A stretch of DNA of 64,000 bases from Eledone cirrhosa. Its lineage: Eukaryota. Where the stretch lies: the NCBI GenBank assembly GCA_964016885.1, contig OZ024750.1, forward strand, positions 22,382,001-22,446,000, given 5' to 3'. Both the position numbers and the translations under genes were made by a program. Below are positions 1 through 13,800 of the stretch, one piece after another; position 1 is the stretch's first letter, and each line of letters begins with the position of its first letter. The notes beneath the pieces were generated by a model that did no database searches, was not told the DNA's origin, and worked only from the letters and a program-made list of their open reading frames with translations.

Positions 1-1796
1 CAAGAAAGTTACTTATTTCACTTAAATCACTGCAAATTCTTGATTTTTTTAAAAAAATTATTCACAAGCAGTGTATATTTCACTAACTTTTTTTTTTTAT
101 ATCAAATCACCTGAAACTGCCCCTGATTCTATGATACTAAGCTGTTTGTTTTAAAGTGTTTATATTTATCTAAAAATCTTACATCATAATTCTGTGTAAG
201 ACCATTTTGTTAAGTTGTGCTTCGAACACCAGATAAATAATGAGAAAGTTATTTATAATACTAAATTCTTGATTATTTTCAGAATTATTTGAAAATCAGA
301 GACAGTATTTCTAGAGAAATATGATAACAAAAGGCTTTTTAAAAAAACATACAATATTTTTTATATTTTTCAACTAGAAGTAAGGTGAGCATTACTAACC
401 ATCTAAAAATCAATGAATTATCTAACCTTTTTTTTCTTTTCTATTATTGACGTATTACCATAGTAATGACATTAACCTTTTGGAATAATATAATAATTTA
501 ATAATGGTGTCAACTCTTTTACTGAATCAGTTAGACATTGTTTTGAAAGAGACAGTATCACTGTGTGAGGCTACTGTCCTTCAAATACACATTACAGTTG
601 ATAGAGATGGTATCACTGTATGAGGCTACTCTCCCTCAAATATGCAGCATTCCATTTGCTTACACCAACATTTTTATAACATGCCATTGATATATATACA
701 TCATCATCATCATCATTTTAATGTCTGCTTCCCTGCTACCAAGAGTTGGTTGGGTCTACAAAGACCAAGTCAGTACTGAAACAGCGCTACTAATCTCCCA
801 GACAGACCAGAGATCTGCATCTTATGTATGGCCTCACGTTCTACCTTGTGCACAAGAGAGATTATCATGTCTTTGACACAACTGAAAGGTGCTCCCAACC
901 CTTTGTTTGGCAAGCTTTCTATGGCTGGATACCCTTCCTATCACCAATATATATATATATATATTACATATCCCAAGACGATTATATATATATTTATGGA
1001 CTGGGAGCTACTGTGGTAGTGGTAGGAGGTAAAAGAAGGTCAGTGTACTAAAGGCGTGCCAGGCTGTCTATTGTTTGGTCATTCTGATCTGACTCTTAAA
1101 GTGGCTATAAAAAAAATAAGTCCTACAAGTTTATTTATTTTTCTTATCAGTATTATTATCATATTTGTATTCATAAGTTATTTGTATTCATATTTGTATT
1201 CATTATTTTAGTTGTGGTGTAGAAGGAAGAGGAGGTGTGCTTATGCTGAAATGTGCAAGTATGGCTGTGAGCTTGCGTGCAAGCTAAATCTTAATATAGT
1301 CAGTTTGTGTCATTGAACAAATGTCCACATACATGGAAATACTGCTGAGAGGAAAAGTAGATAAATCAACTAGTAAGAATTATTTGTATTATAGCCACAT
1401 TAAGAGCCAGTGCAGAATGACAAAAAATGAAAAGCCTGGGACACCTCTAGTACATTGACATACTTTCAGTGCTCCCACTTCCCTACATCTGGTTTAGCAG
1501 AATCAATGTTGATATAGCATATGCCTGCTATAACCCTGAATGGACAACATCATTTCGATGGTAGGCATATCAAAAATCAAAACCCCAAACAAATCATTGT
1601 TTACATTTACAGTACCTGTCTGACTACAACACATTAAATAACTATTACACAAAGACACTTTAATGTCTTTGAAATGTACATAACAGGTGTGATGTAAGGA
1701 CAATATACTGAAGTTGAACATGTAAAACCATTTCTCTTCTTCTCTCTTAATATATACACACACACATATGTATATATATATATATATATATATGTG

Positions 1797-1981
1797 TTTA
1801 TCTCAGGTTCAATTGGGGGTAACCACAGTAAGTAAGGTACTCAATACACAGTAGAGTATAAATATTTAATATAGAAATGGCTTCTACAGGACTAGAACTG
1901 TTTAATTTGGGAGGATCATCAGGCTTCCTGATGATTTCTCCCAAATGAAACAGTTCTAGTCCTGTAGAAGCCATTTCTATA
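1797..1981. mobile_element. Fold-back element with CTGATGA...GAAAC...GTC, same family as 25956-26138 and 19380-19620
   Basis: ~54-bp inverted arms 1870-1923 and 1927-1981; flanked by (TA)n. Confidence 0.55.
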
Positions 1982-2020
1982 TACATATATATATATAATG
2001 TATATGTATTTTTATATATA

Positions 2021-2068
<48 letters not shown>

Positions 2069-2156
2069 ATGTGTGCATGTATGTGTATATATATATATAT
2101 ATGAGTGTGTGTATATATATTTACATATATATATGTGTGTATGTATATATACATAC

Positions 2157-2246
<90 letters not shown>

Positions 2247-2699
2247 TTCTAAAAAGATTTCTCACAATCAATATTTGAAGGTGGTTGTCAATGAAACTAG
2301 GACATCACAAAGCAATCAATGGATGTGTCAGGGTAGGGGGAATACATAAAAATATACATGATGACACCTGAAAACTGAAATGAAAAAAATACTGGTTTCT
2401 TTCCTTTTTTCACTAAGGTTGTTTTTCTTCTTTTGTTGAATTGTGTCTTTGTCATCAAGAGTGGAGAGTTTAGCAGTAAAAACCTGGAAGAGGTGGAACA
2501 AGCAGAGGAGGAGAGAAAGAAGGTCAAGGACAAATATCAATCATCAAAATGACATGCTTTCTATTAACAGTAATGTTGATGTTACCTACGCATCTCTCTC
2601 TCTGTCAGTCTGTGTGAATGTGTATATATGTATATATCAAGATTTTACCAGTTTTAAACTAGTAAGACCATCATTCAGCAGAGTACTTAATACTTGGGA

Positions 2700-2965
2700 T
2701 AGAGTTGCTGAAGCATGGAACAAACTACCTACATCAGTTGTTAGCTGCCGGGACACTACATCCTTTAAAACCTCCATGCTTCCTGAAATTCGCCAACACT
2801 ACACCTGATGTCCCCCCTCCATACACATGCACATATGTATATCATGGCTCATGCACTGTTCACTTTCCTGATATTTGTACATTATCCTATGTACTATCCA
2901 TGCACCTTTGATGAGTTGTAGTGTACCTGAGCAATGTACACAATAATTTCATTTTTATTATATTA
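2700..2965 (+). mobile_element. CR1/L2-type LINE 3' end
   Basis: RVAEAWNKLPTSVVS..TSFK C-terminal motif, then a 3' UTR and an (ATT)n-like tail. Confidence 0.7.
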
Positions 2966-3482
2966 TTATATTAGAAAGAGTTGAGACCTGACGTTCTGTG
3001 CTCGTGCCATTTTCACGCCTAATTCCAGACTCGAATTAGCTGTCGAAACAAGAACATCCCAGCAGTCAGGCCTAGCTCTCTCTAATATATATATATATAT
3101 ATATATAGTAATAATAATAAATATGAAGACTAAAATCCAAAGAGGGCTCGACAAGGATAATATATATATAAAAATATATAAAACCATAGAGCAAATATTT
3201 ATTAAACAAATTAAAGTTTAAGCACAGAATCGCTGCTTTCACCCTTAACGGGATTGAAACTCAGAAGATCCCGTTAAGGGTGAAAACAGCGATTCTTTGC
3301 TTAAACTTTAATCTGTTATTTTAATAAATATATACATATATATATATATAGTATTGACTTACAGTAGCAAGAATGAGTACTTAATCTTGAGGTTTGCCTG
3401 TATGTTGTCAAGGTCATCATGCTTGATGACTAACCCTGTAAACACACACATAAGACTGCAGAGGAGCAAGACACTGACTTAA

Positions 3483-3702
3483 CCCTTTAGAATTTACATT
3501 ACCCTATATATATCATTGTATTTTTGCAGTAAACACCTTATCTTAACTAATTATTCACATAATATCGAATCTATGAGATTTTGATATTATTTATTTTGAG
3601 AACAATACCTTAACGTAAGTATGAGCAGCTGGTTACAGCTGGTTTGAACAGAAAGAGGTGAGAGATTTCTGGCCAGATATGGCCAATTTAAATGATAACG
3701 GG
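3483..3702. mobile_element. piggyBac-type MITE, family 1
   Basis: TTAA|CCCTTTAG..ATTTA ... TAAATGATAACGGG|TTAA; second copy at 40561-40756; partial copies at 11234, 35065, 41161. Confidence 0.75.
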
Positions 3703-3707
3703 TTAAT

Positions 3708-3768
<61 letters not shown>

Positions 3769-4812
3769 ATTAGAATTTTATTTCTCACCCTAGCACAGCT
3801 GATACATAAATGTAAGTATGCACACATACACACACACACATATATATATATATACATATATATATATACATATATGCATATGCATATGACATATGTACAT
3901 AAGGGTTAAATCGAATATTAATAATAATGTTCAATTCGTTTGTAAACAAACGACTCGATTTGAAGCTGTGCCGTGCCAGTGACTGATCATCATCTGTTTG
4001 TTCAACACTGGCTTTGAGGAACAATCAACATGTTCTTGGGTCATTACCCTCTGCCAGTCCATTGAAAATATATAATATTTTCTTAAGTACACATCAGCTG
4101 AGTAGCTTCATTTCCATACCGAGCGAGTTACGGCTGGCCTTGCCGAATATTAGAAATAAACTTATATAAATATATATACATGTAGAGAGAGAGATATATT
4201 CATCATCATCATCAACGTTTAACGTCCGTGTTCCACGCTTGCATGAGTTTGGACGGGGGTAGTCCCACTTGAGGCAAGAGTGATTGTCTTGCTCGCATAG
4301 GACTGTCTGGCAGGTTTTCTACAGTTGGATGCCCTTCCTAACACCAACCACATTTACAGTGTGGGTCTGGGAGGTTTTTACCGTGTTGCCTACACGGCCA
4401 CATTACAGCGTGGACTGTGTGTTTTTTGTCGTGACACCTACACGATCTCATTTGTTTCGGCCTAGATGGCGCGGCACCAACATAACTTTACATAGAACGG
4501 GGTGGTGTGGATGGGGTGGGGGTGGTGGTGGTGGGACGGGGTGTATTTTGTTAGAGATGCCTACTGGCTGTAGTAGGTTTTAATATATATATATTTATAA
4601 TGTATACATATATCATCATAATTGTCCTTTAATGTTAACCTTCCATGCTAGCATGGGTTACACAATCATCACACACCCAAACACACATACATGTCTCTTG
4701 TACCCCAAAACATTGTTGATCTTTGACATCTCATTTCCTCCAACTCCATCGCTCCACACTCAGCTGATCTGTGATACATTAGAAAGTTCTGTTGTCTGCA
4801 GTCATGAAACAA

Positions 4813-4865
4813 CTAAACCTTGTCAACTGTAGAGGCACTGTGAAGTGGCACCAATGAACCAGATT
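4813..4865 (-). CDS. CARF: Probable last CARF coding exon ([17 protein letters not shown])
   Basis: Strong polypyrimidine acceptor (…tcttttattttatatctatttccag); the phase-1 frame reaches TAG at 4815-4813. Confidence 0.55.
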
Positions 4866-7800
4866 CTGGAAATAGATATAAAATAAAAGACAAGACAAAT
4901 ATGAAAGAAAGGAGCCAATAAAGGTTTCTAATATAGGCACAAGGCCAGCAAATTTGGGGGAGGGGAGAGTCGATTAAATCGAATGGAAGAGAGACAGTAG
5001 TGGTAGGGTGTAATGGAAGAGAGACAGTGGTGGCAGGGTGTAACGGAAGAGAGACAGTGGTGGCAGGGTGTAACGGAAGAGAGACAGTGGTGGTAGGGTG
5101 TAACGGAAGAGACAGTGGTGGCAGGGTGTAATGGAAGAGAGACAGTGGTGGCAGGGTATAATGGAAGAGAGACAGTGGTGGCAGGGTATAATGGAAGAGA
5201 GACAGTGGTGGCAGGGTGTAATGGAAGAGAGAGTGGTGGCAGGGTGTAATGGAAGAGAGACAGTGGTGGCAGGGTTTAATGGAAGAGAGACAGTAGTGGT
5301 AGGGTGTAATGGAAGAGAGACAGTGGTGGCAGGGTGTAATGGAAGAGAGACAGTGGTGGCAGGGTATAATGGAAGAGAGACAGTGGTGGCAGGGTATAAT
5401 GGAAGAGAGACAGTGGTAGCAAGGTGTAATGGAAGAGAGACAGTAGTGGTAGGGTGTAATGGAAGAGAGACAGTGGTGGCAGGGTGTAATGGAAGAGAGA
5501 CAGTGGTGGCAGGGTGTAATGGAAGAGAGACAGTGGTGGCAGGGTGTAATGGAAGAGAGACAGTGGTGGCAGGGTGTTGTGGAAAAGAGACAGTGGTGGC
5601 AGGGTGTAATGGAAGAGAGACAGTGGTGGCAGGGTGTAATGGAAGAGAGACAGTGGTGGCAGAGTGTAATGGAAGAGAGACAGTGGTGGCAAGGTGTAAT
5701 GGAAGAGAGACAGTGGTGGCAGGGTGTAATGGAAGAGAGACAGTGGTGGCAGGGTGTAATGGAAGAGAGACAGTGGTGGCAGGGTGTTGTGGAAAAGAGA
5801 CAGTGGTGGCAGGGTGTAATGGAAGAGAGACAGTGGTGGCAGGGTGTTGTGGAAAAGAGACAGTGGTGGCAGGGTGTAATGGAAGAGAGACAGTGGTGGC
5901 AGAGTGTAATGGAAGAAAGACAGTAGTGGCAGGGTGTAATGGAAGAGAGTCAGTAGTGGTAGGGTGTAATGGAAAAGAGACAGTGATGGCAGGGTGTAAT
6001 GGAAAAGAGACAGTGGTGGCAGGGTGTTGTGGAAAAGAGACAGTGGTGGCAGGGTGTAATGGAAGAGAGACAGTAGTGGCAGGGTGTAATGGAAGAGAGA
6101 CAGTGGTGGCAGGGTGTTGTGGAAAAGAGACAGTGGTGGCAGGGTGTAATGGAAGAGAGACAGTGGTGGCAGGGTGTAATGGAAGAGAGACAGTGGTGGC
6201 AGGGTGTAATGGAAGAGAGACAGTGGTGGCAAGGTGTAATGGAAGAGAGACAGTGGTGGCAGAGTGTAATGGAAGAAAGACAGTAGTGGCAGGGTGTAAT
6301 GGAAAAGAGACAGTGGTGGCAGGGTGTTGTGGAAAAGAGACAGTGGTGGCAGGGTGTAATGGAAGAGAGACAGTGGTGGCAGAGTGTAATGGAAGAAAGA
6401 CAGTAGTGGCAGGGTGTAATGGAAAAGAGACAGTGGTGGCAGGGTGTTGTGGAAAAGAGACAGTGATGGCAAGAGACAGTAATCACATATTTCAAATTTC
6501 ATATGGATGATAAAGAGATTAAAAATAAAAATTCTTACGTCGATTAACCGCAACTGTAATTAACTGCCCTGAATTTGTTTCCATACCATCAGAATTAACT
6601 ATTTGAGCTGCTATTCCTGGTGGTAGCAGCTGTACATTGTCTGTTTGTACGATGGCTGTACCATCTGCTTGGATTATATGAGCTTCATGAATAATTGGCG
6701 ATGATCCAGTTTCAACCAACTGAGCACCATCTACTAACTGTGCTGCCTCGACAATTTGGTGTGTGCCGTCAGCAGTTTGTATGTATTGGGAGCTGTCTGC
6801 TGGTACAACTTGTAGAGTTGTTACAGATTCTGATGAGAGGGCTGTGGTAGGTATCTCTGACTGAAGTTCATCACATTGTTGCTGTTCATGGGAAATATTT
6901 GTCTCTTCTTCAATAGTTGAATTGACTGTTAAGGGTTCATTGTGGATTACATCGGATGGAATTGGTGGTAACTGCAAGACAGACATAAATGATAGTGAAA
7001 TGGAAATTTGATAAAAATTACAAAAGCAGGTTGTAGTTAACCCTTTTGATACCAACCGGTATTTCCAGTATATTCAGCTGAAAATGAGTACCAGCAATAG
7101 CTGGGGCTTTATTTACCTGGATAAAACTTCCAGCAGAAATGAGACTTGGGTGTATTTTCGAAAGTAGTTGAGCAGTTTCAGGGGTTAAACTTGTAGAAAC
7201 CTGCGTTGTACCATCACTTAAGTGGGTTTCTATTCGGGATATTACATGCTGACCATCTGGAAGTAAAAGTAAATAAGACATACTCAATAATCAAACAACA
7301 ACAATAGTTATAATTCTTGATATCCTGTAAACATTTAGCAGAAAATTACCTAAAAATGGGTTTATTAATTCAAATGCTTATAGTAACTTTACTAGCAGAC
7401 AGATCATTGTGAAAATTTGCAATATTAGTGTAAAGACTTGAATTTTTAATGTGATGCTATCATAGTGTTGTTTTATACTTTTCAAGAACGTCGTGTTCAT
7501 GTGGTTTGTTACTTCAAATGACCCAAATGCCTGTAACAGTGGACGCCACTAAAGGCACCTAAAATTCAGATGGAAGTGTTAAACCAGATGATGGATTAAA
7601 TTTCCCTTCCTAGTAGGCCACAGTAGGATTTGAACTCAAGCATAAAAACTGTTATCCTCTCCAATGTTAGACATCAATAATTGTTTCTACTTTTGGCACA
7701 AGGCCAACAATTACAGCAGTGCATTACTGGTGCTTTATTTTATCGACCCATATGGACGAAAGGCAAAGTTAACCTCGGTGGGATTCAAACTCAGAAAGCA

Positions 7801-10800
7801 AAGGGCTATAACTCTATGCTGACGCTCTACCGATACTGCCAATAAGCATATAGTCAACAATTTATGTCAATTATATCGACCCCAGTGCATGACTGACATT
7901 TTATTTTCTCGACATAGAAAGGATGAAAGGCAAAGTTGACCTCAGTGGGATTTGAATTGAGAATGTAAAGGACCATAACTAAATGTTACAAAGCATTTTA
8001 TCCCAAAACTCTGACAACTCTACCACCTTTGTATTAAACGATTGCTTGTTCAGAGTTCACCTGGGGCTTAACTACAAAAAAACAACAAATATATCAAACA
8101 ATGAAAGCAGGCAGAGGTCATTACCTTCTCCAGGGTTCTGTGTAAGTGTGACTGTCACTGTTTCAGGAACAACACTAGGGTTATCACTGTTGCTGTTTCC
8201 ATTTGAAGTGTTCCACACACTTGAGGTACTCATCTGAGACATATCACAGCTTCTCTCATCATCTTGAGAATTTTGCATGTCACTACTGGCAATTATCTCC
8301 AAATTAAGATGTTGCTAAACAAAAACAAAAAGGTAATTAAATAATCAATCAATATTTTAATTGAAAATAAAGATGAAATTGTCATCATCATCATCATCAT
8401 CATCCTATAAAGTGGTAGTGCTAGTGCCACAAAAAAAAGCACCCAGTCCACCCAGTAAATTTCTCCCAGTACACACTGTAAACTGGTTGATATTAGGAAG
8501 GGCATCCAGCTGTAGAAACCAATCCAAAAATGGAGCATACGAGCAAGATGTGGTCTCCTGACCAGTCTAGCCTCAGTATGTGACAACCCATCTAACCCAT
8601 GCAAACATGAAAAATATTAAATTGTGGTGCTGATGCTGAAGAAAGAAGTGACAATGGAGTGACAATGTACTAGAGAGAATTAAATAAAAACCATGCAAGC
8701 ATTGAAAAATGAATATAAAAACAATGATGATGATCATCATTTTTCATCATCATTTCATTTTACGTCCGCTTTTTCCCTGCTTGCAAGGGTGGGACGGGAA
8801 CTGATTCTGGCTTGATTTCTACAGCTGGATGCCCTTCCTAACACCAACCTCATTTACAGTGAGTGCTGGGTGCTTTTTTGCCGTGGCACCTCCACAACCA
8901 CTTTGCAGTGGAATGATAGGGACCTCAGTCCCTATCATCTCATTTCTACAGTTGAGTAAACTGGAGCAATGTGAAATAAAGTGCCTTGCTCAAGGAAACA
9001 ACACATCACCCGGTCTGAGAATTGAACTCACAACCTTTCTATTGCAAGGCCAATGCTCTAACCACTAAGCCATATGCCTCCATATGGCTTAGTGATGATG
9101 ATAATAATAATAATAATTGTTTTTACATTTGGCACAAGGCCAGCAATTACCCCAGTGCATTACTTGTGCTTTATTTTATTGACCTCATAAGGATGAAAGG
9201 TAAAACTAAACTTGGCAGGATCTGAACTCAGAACGTAAAGGGCTGTAACTAAATGGTGATGATAACGAAGGTCAAAACAAAACAGAAACTTACAGCATTA
9301 TGAGTGTAAGGAAGTTTGCCAGTTCCAATATCTTTGAGAGCTTGATGGATGTGATTCTTTAGATCATTAACAGTAGGGAAGAGGGTGAGATCATGGCGTT
9401 CTGGGCTAGTATCAGGATTTCCCGTGTACAATTCCTTGGTGACAAAATTCCTGAAAGTTACACAACATAATGAAAGACAACATACTTTCTCACAGGATCA
9501 TAAATAAGGTTAAACTTGTGTGATGATACTTTCATGACTGCATTTCTAAGGTAAATATACTCATATACTCTATTTCAATTAATTAATGAGGAATTTTGAA
9601 GGATTTACTAAAAATATTAATTATTTAATTACTAAAATAGTAACTTATCATATAGTCTTTAAATGGAATTATATTGAAAAATTTAAATTTAAATAAGGAC
9701 CCTTTAAAATGGGTGGTTTTGTTTCATAGGAACAGAGTTGGCTTTGGCAGGGTTAGTAAGAAAAGGTTTAATATTTGCTAAAACTATTTTTTCAGACTCA
9801 CCGTAACTGTTTGCGAATGACATAAATACGAGATTCTCCAGCAGCAACCATTTCTCGGATTTTATCATGAACTCTAGGATGTAACCGGGAGGATAATAGA
9901 TTGTATTTGGTGTCAACTTCTATATTATCAACTACTGTATCATATTTTGGTGACACTGGTTCTATATTCTCTGCATGAAACTCATGAGCATTTTCAGTAG
10001 GTAACTGTACATAATACCTAAATAGAAAGAAAAGGTCTACATATATTAAATATTTGGATTTTTTTTATTGTTCATACACAAAGCAGTGTGTATTCAGTTT
10101 TGAATTGATGTACAATATCCCTGTTTTGTAAGAAACAACTAAAGGTCCCGTCTAAACCCATGCCAGCATGGAAAAGTTGACATAAAAAACCACCGTGAAG
10201 TCAGAAAGGGAAGGGCAGTGCCCTTGATCTTTTCAGGGTCTCCAAGACTGGCGTGAGAGAAGAAGAAGGGTATCCTGAAAGCAAAGACCCAATAAGAATG
10301 GACTCCACTAAGGGCATCTAAGGGCCAGGTGGGGATGTTAAACCAAGTGATTGATTATGCCTACAACTAAAGTAGACTACAGTGGGATTTGAGCTAAGAA
10401 CATAAAGTGCTGGAACAAATATGACAAGGCACCTTGTGTGATGCTTTAACAATTCTGCTAAATCACAACCCTGGACTGGTACTTTATTTTATCAATCCTG
10501 AAAGGCAAATTTGGCAGTATTTGAACTTCAAGTACAGAAAGCTAGAACAAACACTGCAATGACTTGGTCAATAGTAACATCAAACTATTGTAAATATATT
10601 GACCTGTGATGGGCCATTCAGTGATTATTAGCAGCAGCAAACATTTTAAGGCCATTTTTGGTTGCCTGCTAAAGCAATGGTTAGCCTTGCAGGCCCCATG
10701 GCAAGCTGCAATTGCTCATAAGAGGGTTTTGAAGCATTGTTTTTTGGGCAGATGTTCTTTCTAGCACTGACCCTTTTAGTTGCCTCTTACAACATGCAGG

Positions 10801-13800
10801 GATGGGGGGGGGGGGGGGGGGGGGGGCAACAAAAGACAAGAATAAAATTATAAAATTAGAGTGAAACCTACCTTTCTTGACCTATGTTGTCAAGGCAAGT
10901 GGATTTTAATTCATGAAAACTTTTATCCATTGAAATTTTTAAAGATTTTTTATCTTGCATTAAATCAACAGTAAATTCAGGAAATTTCTTAACTTTTTTA
11001 ATGTAAATCCTGGAAAATATATAAAGAGAAATGTAATTACAAATGCAAACACATAAAATAAAGTGTCTTGATCACAGCACCACCTGATCCAGGAATCAAA
11101 CCTTAGAATCATGAGCCCAGCACCTTAACCACTAAGCCATGCACCTTTATGCATAGAAATTACTGCAGCTGTAAACCCCCTAACACCAATCAGTCTCTGA
11201 TTTTAAAGAAATAATTTTCTATTTTAAATTTGTTAACCCTTTAGCATTTAAACCGGCTGTCTCCGGCCAGAATTCTCTCACCTCTTTCTGTTCAAACTGG
11301 TCGTAACTGTCCACCGTATAGGTTGGACAGGTCACTACTTAATTGAGTTTACTGTCATCCTAGACATATTGAGGGTCTTCATCTTGCTTATATAGTATGA
11401 TCCACTTTGGGGATACCCTTACTAACACCAATCGCTTTAGAAAGTATACTGAATACATTTTATCATGGCATTTGCATCATTATCATTTAATGTTCACTTT
11501 TCCATGTTAATATAGGTTGGATGGGTCATCACAGATCAAGTCAATATTCAGTCGGGGTCACTGTCCTAACAGACAGGCTGAGAGCCACAACTGGCTTACA
11601 TACATTCTTACACTTTAGAAAGTGTACTTGGTACATTTTATCATTGCACCATCACCATGTCAAAACATTAAATACCTAAAGCTCATGGAGGAGATAATGA
11701 AGGAACATGACAAGTAGGAGGAGGTTCTACTGAAAAGGAGCCATTCAACCTCTGCAAGCATGAAAAAGCATCAATTAACATCCATTTTCCATGCTAACAT
11801 GGGTTAGACAGTGTTAATGATGAATATAAAAATGTAAATAAAATGACTATATGTATATTTACCGAGCAGGACAGGTTTGAGTATATTCAGGTTTTTTATT
11901 GTTTTGTTCAGCTTGTTTCTTCTTTAAATTTCCTTTTCTTCGTGGACCAAATTGACACTCCATTACAATTGCACGGCTTCCTGTCAGTAGAAATTTTAAA
12001 ATTTCAATAATTTATCAAATTTTTAACAATATTGTTACTAATATTATAAACCTAATACAGGGTGGCAGATTGATAGAACCATTAAAGCATTATACAAAAT
12101 GGATTTTGACATTTAGTTACAACTTAATCGCTGCTTTTTGGCATTTAATCACTCCACCCCTCACCAGCTAAGTACCCTACCCTAGACCTATCTCTCTAAC
12201 CCGACCCTACATACACGCCCATCTCCCACATCTGATGCACCTCTCTTGACCAACCCATGTATACAAGTATCGAAAGCTAAACGTGTTCTTCCACAATGCT
12301 GCTGAAAGGACTGAAAGTTCTCAGTCCACCCTGTAAGGTGGCCATGTTGGTCTCATGATAAAAGAGTACTAAGTCCTCTCTGTAAGGTAACATGACAAAA
12401 AGCACCTAACACTCCCTGCTGGGTGGTCATGTTAGTTGAGAGGACTCTTCAGTTGTGTCAAAGAGATAACAACCTCCCTAGTGCTACTGCCATGATAAAG
12501 TGCACCTGGTGCACTCCATAGCGTGCAGGATCGTATGTAAGCGAGATGCAGGCTGGTCATTTAAGAGGTCAGTAGCTCCAATTAAGAACTGACTTCGTCT
12601 GTGATGACCTGTTCAACCTTCACTAGCTAGGAAAAAAATGTTAAATGATGGTGATGATGATGATAATGATATAGATGATTAAGAAATTGCATAAACTGCA
12701 TCAACATACATAAAAGAAAAAAACAGATTTATTTTCAATAAGGCTGATGTTTTGCTCACCTGAATTCACAAAAGGGATCCCATCAAATGGAACATACTGA
12801 GACTTCCACATGAGACGTGTTGAAGGTTTTGCAGGACTTGGAGACTGCCGAGTACCCCAGTAACTATGAGTCTGTTGTTTGTGATAAGTCAGCAACAGAT
12901 CTACTTCTATCTCACTCTCAACATAACCCCGAAAGGAGTTGCCAATCATCTGTTAAAAATATAGTAAAATAGAAATTTATATTTAGAACCAAAAATAATA
13001 ATAATGGTCATGATGAGGACCACAATGACAATACAAGAAGCATTTTAACCGGTTGACTGTCGTGTATATTTTACACAGCTAAAGTTGCTGTGCTGGGTTT
13101 TTTTTTCAGTAAAATGACTATTTTTTTAAGCAAATATTTATTAACAACATATCTGAATGATTGACAAATGTTACATCAATAAACTAATAACCCCATCTAG
13201 CTTTGAAGTTATGAACTGTTGGAAAAGAGTTCAAAACATGTTAGGACGAGTTATCTCGTCTACGGCACTGAAGAGGTTAAGGTTATTTTCACAGCTAAAG
13301 CAGGGGTTTGCCTGGCAGGTCCCGTAGCAAGTGTAAACATGTTGCCTTATCCTCCGAATCCCTTTCTTTCATTTCCTCTTCCTTCATCTTTAGTTATGTC
13401 TTTCTTTACTTCTTAATGATGACAACAATAACATCAATAACAAGCATTTTAAGAGCATGTTCTCTGTTAAAGCAGAGGTTAGCCTTATCCCATGACAAGT
13501 GTTACCATTTTGCCCTATCCTCTCCATCACCTTTAGCCTTGTCTTTCTTGGTCTTCCTTTTCCTTTACTTCATGGTGAGTATAAAAACTGTCAATCTTCC
13601 ATGTTTACATGGGTTAGATGGATTGTCACATAGTAAAGCTCAACTGCTCAGGTGACCACATCATGCTTGTAAGTTCACTTTTTGGCACGGTTTCTATGGC
13701 TGGGTGCCTTTCCTAATGTCAACCACTTTACAGTGTGTTGTGGGTGTTTTTTGTATTGGTACCAGCACTACCACCTTACAGGGTGAACTGGGTGCTTTTC

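Noticed and set aside
5131-6553. 459-aa and 425-aa ORFs ([10 protein letters not shown] and [10 protein letters not shown] repeats)
   Set aside because: Translations of a 30-bp minisatellite lying inside a CARF intron; open on both strands only because the unit lacks stops in those frames.
6830-6845. CTGATGAG hammerhead-like heptamer (also at 38940 and 54037)
   Set aside because: No downstream stem II-GAAA arrangement; the first lies antisense within a CARF exon.
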